From Gemmatimonadota bacterium (lineage in GTDB: Bacteria; Gemmatimonadota; Gemmatimonadetes; Gemmatimonadales; GWC2-71-9), in assembly GCA_039588295.1 (NCBI GenBank), contig JBDHAB010000003.1, positions 1-64,000 on the forward strand: 64,000 nucleotides of DNA, written 5' to 3'. This document shows, in pieces, positions 16,235 through 23,574 of this stretch. The translations under genes and the position numbers were made by a program. Positions within the stretch are counted from its first letter, which is position 1. Each line of letters begins with the position of its first letter. The notes beneath the pieces were generated by a model. It was not told the DNA's origin. It saw only the letters and a program-made list of their open reading frames with translations, and searched no databases.

Positions 16235-18747
16235 CAGTGCTGGCGCTCTTCGGGGGTGGGCCCGCTCGCGGATACGCCGTGTCGCTCTCGCACGCCGCCG
16301 GCTCCAACGGTCTCATGGCGAACCTCGGCATCTGCGGCCCGGCCGTCCCCACCTTCCCATGGCGGCGGCACCCGCGTGGGCTCCGGCCAGGGGATCGCCG
16401 GGAACGACGTCGGGCCGTAACGGCCTTCCCTGCCAGTAGCCTTCGCTTTGAGCGCCTTCGTCACCTTCTCGGGCGTGATGGGGAGCTCATCGATGCGAAC
16501 TCCAACGGCGTCGTACACCGCGTTCGCGATTGCAGGGGGAACGGGCAGCAGTGGTCCCTGACCGACCTCTTTCGCGCCGAACGGCCCGCTGGGGTCCGGG
16601 TCTTCGATCAGATAGGTGACGACGTCGCACATCTCGAGCGTCGTGGGACTCTTGTACTCCAACATCGACGGGATCTTGTGGACCACATTTCGATTTCCGC
16701 GGTACGCCATCTCTTCCATGAGCGCTTCACCCAAGCCCATGTAGACGCTACCCTCGACCTGGCCGATCACCGTGACCGGGTTGATGCACTTGCCGACGTC
16801 GTGCGCGATCCAGATGCGAGGTACGGTTACGATCCCGGTCGATGGATCGACTTCCACTTCAGCGACAGCCGCGCTGTACGAGTACGCGGGCGACGGACCG
16901 ACGCCCGCGCCGCGGTACCGACCGGGGCTTCTGGGTGGCGTATAGGAGCCGACGGTTCCGACCGTTCCGGTAGCCGCTTCTGCCAGTTGTACCGCTTCGG
17001 CGAAGCTCATGCCAACATCCGGTTCCTCCACGTCGAACACCCGATTGTCCGCAAACGTGAGCCGCGACTCGGGAACCCCCAGCTTCTTGGCCGCGTGTGT
17101 CGCAACGATCTCACGCGCCCGCTCCGCGGCCTGCAGGGCAGCGTTGCCGCTCATCAGCGTCACTCGACTCGAGTAGCTGCCGAGGTCGACTGGAGTCAGA
17201 TCGGTATCGGCCGTCACGACCGCCACGTCCGAGAGATGGAGGCCCAGGACTTCGGCCGTAATGGTCGCGAGGATCGTGTCGGAACCTTGGCCGATATCGG
17301 TGGAACCGCAGAAGACGGTTACGCCGCCGCCTCGATCCACCTTCAGCTGCACGCCCGAGTGCGGCATGTTGTTCCAGTAGATCGGAAGACCCGCGCCGCT
17401 GATGTAGCTGGAGCAGGCGATCCCCACGCCTCGACCATGCGGGAGCTTGCGGAACTTGTCACGCCAGCCCGCACCGTCGACCACCTTCCGAATGCACGCA
17501 CCCAACCCCATGGATCCGATCTTGAGGTAGTTCGCGGTGAGCGAATCGGGTGGCACGAGATGGTTCAGCCTGAGGTCGGCTGGATTGATAGCGAGATCCT
17601 CGGCGAGCTTGTCCATGTGGACTTCGAGTGCGAATCGCGGCTGCGGCGTCCCGTGTCCCCGCTTAGGTCCGCAAGGGGGCTTGTTGGTGAAGACCCGCGC
17701 CCCCTGAAACTTGTATCGCTCGACGTGATATGTGGCCGTCTGCAACGCACCTGTGTAATAGGTGCTCGCCACGCCGTAGGAGCCGTACGCACCGCCATCG
17801 AGCAAGGTCCTGAAGTGCATGCCCTTGATGCGGCCGTCTCGCGATACGCCTGACTTGACCCACATCAGCGTGGGATGTCGACCGCGGTGACAGTAGAACA
17901 CCTCTTCCCGCGTCAGCGTGATCTTGACGGGACGTCCCGTCACCATTGCGAGCTTGGCCGCTACGATCTCGTGATTGAACGGATCGCTCTTGCCGCCGAA
18001 TCCTCCACCGTTGGGGCAGGCGATGACGCGAATGTGAGACGGTGGAAGCTCCAGGACCTTGGCAAGCGCGCGATGGACGTAGTGTGGCGTCTGGGTCGAG
18101 CTCCACAGTGTGATCTTGCCGTCGGGCGACCAGTCGGCGACGGCGGCGTGTTGCTCCATCGCCAGGTGTGTGTTGCCGCTGTAAAACACCAAGTCCTCTC
18201 GCACGTGATCCGCACGGTCGAACGCCTCGTCGACATCACCGAACTCCAGGTCGATCAGCTTGTGCAGGTTCCCAACCGCGCCATAGTCATGAATCCGCGG
18301 TTCCGGCGTGGCGAGGGCTTGCTCCGGTGACGCGATGGCCGGAAGCGGCTTGTACTCGACCTCAATCAGGTCCAGCGCCGCTACAGCGACTTCCTCGCTG
18401 GTTGCGGCGACCGCGGCGACCGGATCGCCGATGAACCGAACGGTGTCGGGACACAGCGCATGTTCGTCCTCGCTGACGGGGAGGATGCCGAATGGGATCG
18501 GTAGGTCCCTGCCAGCAAGCACCGCCGTGACCCCCTCGAGCGCGCTAGCTTTCGTGGTGTCGATGCGAGCGATTCGGGCGTGAGGGACGGTGCTCCGGAG
18601 CAGCTTGCCGAACAGCATCCGCGGCAGCACGATGTCGTCGGCGAACTTCGTTTGCCCGGTGACCTTGGCGGTCGCATCGATCTTCCGATGCGCCGTACCG
18701 ACGATCCGCCGCTCCGACGATCTGCGGCCCGCCTTACCGCCTGCCAT
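16234..18747 (-). CDS. Molybdenum (MCD) subunit of xanthine oxidase-family enzyme, HcrA-like
   Basis: DATAKVTG, GGGFGGK, RGRHP, GAYGSYG, KRGHG, DIGQG, SSRVT, GQVEG, GPFGAKEVGQ. Confidence 0.92.
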   Translation of the reverse strand: MAGGKAGRRSSERRIVGTAHRKIDATAKVTGQTKFADDIVLPRMLFGKLLRSTVPHARIARIDTTKASALEGVTAVLAGRDLPIPFGILPVSEDEHALCPDTVRFIGDPVAAVAATSEEVAVAALDLIEVEYKPLPAIASPEQALATPEPRIHDYGAVGNLHKLIDLEFGDVDEAFDRADHVREDLVFYSGNTHLAMEQHAAVADWSPDGKITLWSSTQTPHYVHRALAKVLELPPSHIRVIACPNGGGFGGKSDPFNHEIVAAKLAMVTGRPVKITLTREEVFYCHRGRHPTLMWVKSGVSRDGRIKGMHFRTLLDGGAYGSYGVASTYYTGALQTATYHVERYKFQGARVFTNKPPCGPKRGHGTPQPRFALEVHMDKLAEDLAINPADLRLNHLVPPDSLTANYLKIGSMGLGACIRKVVDGAGWRDKFRKLPHGRGVGIACSSYISGAGLPIYWNNMPHSGVQLKVDRGGGVTVFCGSTDIGQGSDTILATITAEVLGLHLSDVAVVTADTDLTPVDLGSYSSRVTLMSGNAALQAAERAREIVATHAAKKLGVPESRLTFADNRVFDVEEPDVGMSFAEAVQLAEAATGTVGTVGSYTPPRSPGRYRGAGVGPSPAYSYSAAVAEVEVDPSTGIVTVPRIWIAHDVGKCINPVTVIGQVEGSVYMGLGEALMEEMAYRGNRNVVHKIPSMLEYKSPTTLEMCDVVTYLIEDPDPSGPFGAKEVGQGPLLPVPPAIANAVYDAVGVRIDELPITPEKVTKALKAKATGREGRYGPTSFPAIPWPEPTRVPPPWEGGDGRAADAEVRHETVGAGGVRERHGVSASGPTPEERQH

Positions 18748-19273
18748 AGACCGTTTCGTCTTTCGGTGCTGCCTCTTCCCCCCGCATCCGTGCTGCGGCG
18801 AGTTCCACCGCCTCGTAGATCTTGAGGTATCCGGTGCAGCGGCAGAGGTTGCCGGCCAGGGCGTCCTTGATTTCCTTGCGGCCGGGTGACAGGTTCGCGT
18901 CGAGCAGGGCCTTGGCCGTGAGCAGGAACCCCGGGGTGCAGTAGCCGCACTGCGCCGCCCCCAAGTCGGCGAACGCATCCTGTAACGGATGGAGATCCGG
19001 GCCGGTCGCCATGCCCTCGACCGTGTCCACCCGAGCGCCTGCGCACGCGAGCCCTAGCACCAGGCAGGAGAGCACCGGCTGGCCGTTGAGGAGCACAGCA
19101 CAGGTGCCGCACTCGCCGAGTTCACACCCGTGCTTGGTGCCGGTGAGCCCCAAGTCCTCGCGCAGCACCTCGAGCAACGTTTTGTGTGGCGCGAAGGCGA
19201 CGTCGGTCGGCTCGCCGTTCACCACCAGCTTGATCTGTGCGTTGCTGGGAGTCTTAGGCCTGCTGCTGGCCAA
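18734..19273 (-). CDS. 2x[2Fe-2S] small subunit (HcrC/CoxS-like)
   Basis: GTKHGCELGECGTC..C, QCGYCTPG, GNLCRCTGY; exact start uncertain. Confidence 0.93.
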   Translation of the reverse strand: MASSRPKTPSNAQIKLVVNGEPTDVAFAPHKTLLEVLREDLGLTGTKHGCELGECGTCAVLLNGQPVLSCLVLGLACAGARVDTVEGMATGPDLHPLQDAFADLGAAQCGYCTPGFLLTAKALLDANLSPGRKEIKDALAGNLCRCTGYLKIYEAVELAAARMRGEEAAPKDETVYGRR

Positions 19274-19493
19274 AGAGGAACGTCTCCGTCTGCATGGTGA
19301 GAAACTCGCGCGCCCGGGGGTCGCGGAGATCCAGGGCGTAATGGTTGATGACCGCGGTTTGGTGCTGCAGCCACTCCTGCCAGCAGATCTGGCAGATCGA
19401 GTCGTAGATGCGATCGCCTAGCTCGCTTCGGAAGGGCGGGGCCGCCATTCGCTCGCGTGTCTGTCCGCAGCGGACACAGGTTAGATCAGCCAT
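19254..19493 (-). CDS. yggX: Fe(II)-trafficking / oxidative damage protection protein YggX
   Basis: PPF..ELG.RIY.SIC..CW.EW...QT.VIN...L.L.DP.AR.FL..Q...FLFG. Confidence 0.88.
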   Translation of the reverse strand: MADLTCVRCGQTRERMAAPPFRSELGDRIYDSICQICWQEWLQHQTAVINHYALDLRDPRAREFLTMQTETFLFGQQQA

Positions 19494-19549
19494 CGCCGGA
19501 AATGTAACCTTGACCCCCAGGCAGGCGCGACACCAGCTTACGTCGTTCC

Positions 19550-19753
19550 ATGTCCCTGTCGAATCGCGGAGTCAACCTGTGCGCGACGTGCCGCCATCAT
19601 CGCATTGTGGCGTCGCGAAGAGGGTCGGAGTTTTGGCATTGCCGGCTGTCCGAGACCGACTCAACGTTCGTCCGGTACCCTCGCCTGCCGGTGCTCTCTT
19701 GCGACGGGTACCATGCCACCTCCCCACCTCAGGAGAACGAGGACGACTCATGA
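19550..19753 (+). CDS. Small Cys-rich putative metal-binding protein (67 aa)
   Basis: CATCRH..SRRGSEFWHC..YPRLPVLSC; stop overlaps the dipeptidase ATG (ATGA). Confidence 0.7.
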   Translation: MSLSNRGVNLCATCRHHRIVASRRGSEFWHCRLSETDSTFVRYPRLPVLSCDGYHATSPPQENEDDS

Positions 19754-21048
19754 ACCGAAGGATGCTCACGACAGTGCTGATGCTGGCTGGCGTTGGCGCC
19801 GTGGCAGCTCCGAAAGCTGACGGACAGACACCTGACCCCTTCTTGGAGCGCGCTCGGCGACTGATGCGTCAGGTACCGCTGATCGACGGCCACAACGATC
19901 TCCCGTGGGCCGTGCGCACGGGATACGCGTTCAGCCTCGATTCGCTCGATATCGCGAAGCCGCAACCGCAACTGATGACCGACATCCTTCGACTTCGGGA
20001 AGGGCTCGTGGGTGCCCAGTTTTGGTCCACGTACACGCCCAGCGGCTTCGAGGGACGTGGGGCGGCGCGAGCCGGCATGGAGGCCGGAGACGTCGTGCAC
20101 CGGATGGTGGCGCGATATCCGGAGACCTTCGAGCTTGCAGGTACCGCCGACGACATCGTGCGGATCCATCGGAGCGGCAAGATCGGTTCGTTGCTCGGCC
20201 TTGAGGGCGGGCACATGATCGAGAACTCCCTGGGACTGTTGCGTGCCTTCTACCGTGACGGCGTGCGCTACATGACGCTCACCCACTCGCGCAACACGGA
20301 CTGGGCAGATGCGGCGACCGATTCGGCACGGCACAACGGCCTCACGCGATTCGGTGAGGAAGTGGTGCACGAAATGAACTGGCTGGGCATGCTGGTCGAC
20401 CTGTCGCACGCGTCCGATTCGACGATGTGGGATGTGTTGCGTGTGGCGGAAGCTCCGGTGTTCTTCTCGCATTCGTCTTCACGGCACTTTACGCAGCATC
20501 CTCGCAACGTTCCGGACGACGTCGCGGTCGCGGTCGCGAGGAATGGCGGAGTCATCTTGATCAACTTCGTGGCGCCGTTCATCTATCAGCCGGCGTACGA
20601 ATACTCCGATCGCGTGCGCGCCGAACGGCGCCGGCTCATGGACACCGGTGTGCGGGGGGCCGCAGTGGCAGATTCGTTGCGTGTCTGGCGAGAGGCAAAT
20701 CCGTATCCCGCGCCCGACGTCGGCGTCGTCGCTGACCACATCGAACACCTGCGCACCGTCGCGGGAGTCGATTACATCGGCATCGGATCGGATTTCGATG
20801 GCATCGACGTGCCACCAATCGATCTGGAGGATGTGTCGAAGTTCCCGAACCTGATCGCCGAGCTGCTACGTCGAGGCTGGAGTGACGAGGATGCCAAAAA
20901 GGTGATCGGGCTCAACGTGCTCCGGGTCATGCGGGAAGTCGAGGCGGTCGCCGCACGCCTCAAGCGCGAGCGCCCACCGTCAACCGCGCAGATCGAGAGC
21001 CTGGATGGGTGGGAGACTGAACCGCCGTGGCGCGGCCCGAGGAGATGA
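19750..21048 (+). CDS. Exported membrane dipeptidase (peptidase M19)
   Basis: IDGHNDLP, GAQFWS, EGGH, TLTH, DLSH, SHSS, GIGSDFDG; signal peptide. Confidence 0.93.
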   Translation: MNRRMLTTVLMLAGVGAVAAPKADGQTPDPFLERARRLMRQVPLIDGHNDLPWAVRTGYAFSLDSLDIAKPQPQLMTDILRLREGLVGAQFWSTYTPSGFEGRGAARAGMEAGDVVHRMVARYPETFELAGTADDIVRIHRSGKIGSLLGLEGGHMIENSLGLLRAFYRDGVRYMTLTHSRNTDWADAATDSARHNGLTRFGEEVVHEMNWLGMLVDLSHASDSTMWDVLRVAEAPVFFSHSSSRHFTQHPRNVPDDVAVAVARNGGVILINFVAPFIYQPAYEYSDRVRAERRRLMDTGVRGAAVADSLRVWREANPYPAPDVGVVADHIEHLRTVAGVDYIGIGSDFDGIDVPPIDLEDVSKFPNLIAELLRRGWSDEDAKKVIGLNVLRVMREVEAVAARLKRERPPSTAQIESLDGWETEPPWRGPRR

Positions 21049-21057
21049 GGAGACGTC

Positions 21058-21501
21058 ATGCATCGCTTCGCTGCCTTTGTCGTCGTCGCTGTGAGTACCG
21101 CATGTGCCGGCCAACGCGTCGAGTCGGTCAGGTCCGCCGATCTCGAGGGAGCGCTCGAGGCAATTGAGCTCAATATCGCGGCGATCCAGCGACACGATAC
21201 CGAGGCCTACCTGACGCAGTATCTAAGCTCGCCGGAGCTGGTAATCGCCGGGGCGGACTCGCTGCGGCGGGGGTACATGCTGTTTGCCGAAGCGCGCCGC
21301 GCGAGCGACCAGTGGCCGGAGTCCCTGATCACCGAGACGCCCACCTTGGTGTGGATCGCGCCGGGGGTCGTGTGGGGTGGATTTGCGTACGTCTCCGTTG
21401 TCGGACCCGACACCACACGCGGCGTAACCGAGCGCCTGCTTCTCAAGACCACGGGAGGTTGGAAGATCGCGGTGACCGGGAGCATGGAGCGATGTGAGTA
21501 A
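21058..21501 (+). CDS. SnoaL/NTF2-like lipoprotein
   Basis: STAC lipobox; C-terminal LLKTTGGWKI; GAGGAG RBS. Confidence 0.7.
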   Translation: MHRFAAFVVVAVSTACAGQRVESVRSADLEGALEAIELNIAAIQRHDTEAYLTQYLSSPELVIAGADSLRRGYMLFAEARRASDQWPESLITETPTLVWIAPGVVWGGFAYVSVVGPDTTRGVTERLLLKTTGGWKIAVTGSMERCE

Positions 21502-21513
21502 CAGTCGGAGGTC

Positions 21514-21957
21514 ATGATGCGCAGTCTAGTTGCAGCCGCGGTGGTGCTGGCGGTGCTCGCCGCACCCGCGTGGTCTCAGGAGAAACAGACCATCCGAATG
21601 CCGGGGTCGCTCGAGGGATTGCCGTTCTCGAGCGCCGTTCGCGTCGGCGATGCACTGTTCCTGTCGGGTCAGATCGGCACCAAGCCGGGTACGACGGAGT
21701 TGGTGGCAGGGGGCGTCGGTCCCGAAACGCGACAGACGCTGGAGAACATTCGGCAGGTGCTCGAGTATGCTGGAAGCTCCTTGAGTCGCGTCGTGAAGTG
21801 TACGGTATTCCTCGTCGACATCGGTGACTATCAGGCAATGAACGCGGTCTACCGTGAATTCTTTTCGGAGGAGCCCCCCGCCCGCTCGACGGTTGCCGGT
21901 AGTGGGTTGGCGCTCGGCGCCAAGGTCGAGATTGAGTGTATCGCCCTGGCTGGCTAA
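21514..21957 (+). CDS. ridA: Rid (RidA/YjgF/UK114) family protein with N-terminal signal peptide
   Basis: PFSSAV, LSGQIG, VVKCTVFL, MNAVY, PPARSTV, VEIECIA. Confidence 0.88.
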   Translation: MMRSLVAAAVVLAVLAAPAWSQEKQTIRMPGSLEGLPFSSAVRVGDALFLSGQIGTKPGTTELVAGGVGPETRQTLENIRQVLEYAGSSLSRVVKCTVFLVDIGDYQAMNAVYREFFSEEPPARSTVAGSGLALGAKVEIECIALAG

Positions 21958-22038
21958 CCCGGTCCCGTTCTCGGTCGTCCGTTCTGGGAGCCGATTTGTT
22001 AGACTTCTGACAACCGAGAACGGACCGCGGATGCTTCG

Positions 22039-22551
22039 ATGAAAGTCTCCCACCACCTGGCTCGACTCGAGCCCCTCGTGCTGTATCCACTTCACGGTAT
22101 CTCCGACGGCGATTGGCATCGCGCGCCGCGTGGGAGATGGACGATTGCCCAGATCGTGCAACACCTCGCGGTTGGTGTGGATCTCGTCGCAGGGGCGTTC
22201 ACCGCATTGGCCGAATCCGGTGCGATGAAGCGTCGCCGCCGGCCGCATGAGACCGTACTCCGGCACCTCGTACTTGGCATTGGCCGGATCCCTGGCGGAC
22301 TGCGGGCTCCTTCACGCACCAAGCCGGACGACAAGCCCAATCCGGAGCTGGCAGCGGCGCAGTTCCGCATGGGCGTGGAGCGATTGAAGGAGTTATCGAG
22401 TGAATTGAATGAGGAGCGTCAGCTCTCGCTCTTCGTGCGGCATCCGATGCTCGGCGATCTGAACTTCCCGGAATGGGCCCGCTTCCATTATCTGCATTGC
22501 CGGGAACACGCAGGTCAGATCGGGGATCGACTCAGGTGGCTGGGAAAGTGA
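22039..22551 (+). CDS. DinB-family protein
   Basis: GRWTIAQIVQHL, HPMLG.L...EW..F...H..EH..QI. Confidence 0.85.
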   Translation: MKVSHHLARLEPLVLYPLHGISDGDWHRAPRGRWTIAQIVQHLAVGVDLVAGAFTALAESGAMKRRRRPHETVLRHLVLGIGRIPGGLRAPSRTKPDDKPNPELAAAQFRMGVERLKELSSELNEERQLSLFVRHPMLGDLNFPEWARFHYLHCREHAGQIGDRLRWLGK

Positions 22552-22613
22552 GACCTGCTGGTGGCTAGCAGTCGGGGGAGTGCTTCCCTCTCCCTGATCT
22601 TCCCGTCCCCATC

Positions 22614-23468
22614 CTACTCGAGCACCGCCACCCCCCGTTCACTCACCTCCGGAGTGAGGGCAGCGGATGGATTGTCGTGTTCCGTCAGTGCGCTGGCCAT
22701 GGCCTCCGCGACGTTCGTGGCTGTTTCGGCCGACGTGATGGCGACGACGGAAGACCCCGATCCTGAGATAGTGACGCCGAAGGCACCGGCCGCCTTCCCT
22801 GCGGACACGGCCTGGTCGTAGCCGGGGATGAGCTCCTTCCGGAGCGGGACGGCGATTTGGTCATCCATGCCGTATTCGATGAGATCGCCTTCGGCGTTCA
22901 TCAACCCGAGCACCAGAGCGGCCGCCCTGGACGCCTGGCGGATCGTCTTGGCACGTGGCAGCGTCTCGGGCAGCATCGCGCGCGCGGCCTTCGTGTCGAT
23001 GGGCATCTCCGGGACCGCCAGGGCCACGGCGAGATTGCGGTTGAATGCGAGTCGCGCGAGGCGCGGTGCCGCGAGCACGAACCCCCCGAAGGTGGCCGCA
23101 CCGGCGTTGTCCGGATGACCTTCGAGCGAGACCGCTGATTCATACACGACGTCGCGGTCCATGGAGTTGTCCTTCAGCAGCTGTCGCAGCGCATACCCTG
23201 CAACTGCCGCCGCGGCCGACGAGCCAAGTCCCCGCGCCATCGGGATATCCGAGTGGATCTCCAGCCTGTGCCGTGGGGGTACGGAATCTCCCGCGATATT
23301 GAGGACGATGTCGTGCTGGCGATCGAGGCGGGTAATCGTGCCAGAGTGTACCGGATCGCCCGAACCTTCGACGACCCGTGCTTCCATCCAGATCTCGAGG
23401 GCCAGGCCGAGGCAATCGAATCCCGCGCCAAGGTTGGAGGTCGATGCTGGTGCTCGAACGCCGATCAT
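22614..23468 (-). CDS. thrB: Homoserine kinase
   Basis: PASTSNLGAGFDCLGLAL, IPMARGLGSSAAA, EGHPDN, ISGSGSS. Confidence 0.93.
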   Translation of the reverse strand: MIGVRAPASTSNLGAGFDCLGLALEIWMEARVVEGSGDPVHSGTITRLDRQHDIVLNIAGDSVPPRHRLEIHSDIPMARGLGSSAAAAVAGYALRQLLKDNSMDRDVVYESAVSLEGHPDNAGAATFGGFVLAAPRLARLAFNRNLAVALAVPEMPIDTKAARAMLPETLPRAKTIRQASRAAALVLGLMNAEGDLIEYGMDDQIAVPLRKELIPGYDQAVSAGKAAGAFGVTISGSGSSVVAITSAETATNVAEAMASALTEHDNPSAALTPEVSERGVAVLE

Positions 23469-23574
23469 GTACCGGTGGCTCCTCGTGAGCGTGCACTCCG
23501 AAAATACCTTCGGGGATTGAATGCGAAAGGGCCGCCAATCAAACCGCCTGAAGCGACCCAGGTATTCGGTTGGA

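Noticed and set aside
16237..17853. 538-aa + strand ORF (also 25994-27535, 48155-49855, 3830-5200 and similar)
   Set aside because: Antisense shadows of well-supported genes, caused by codon bias.
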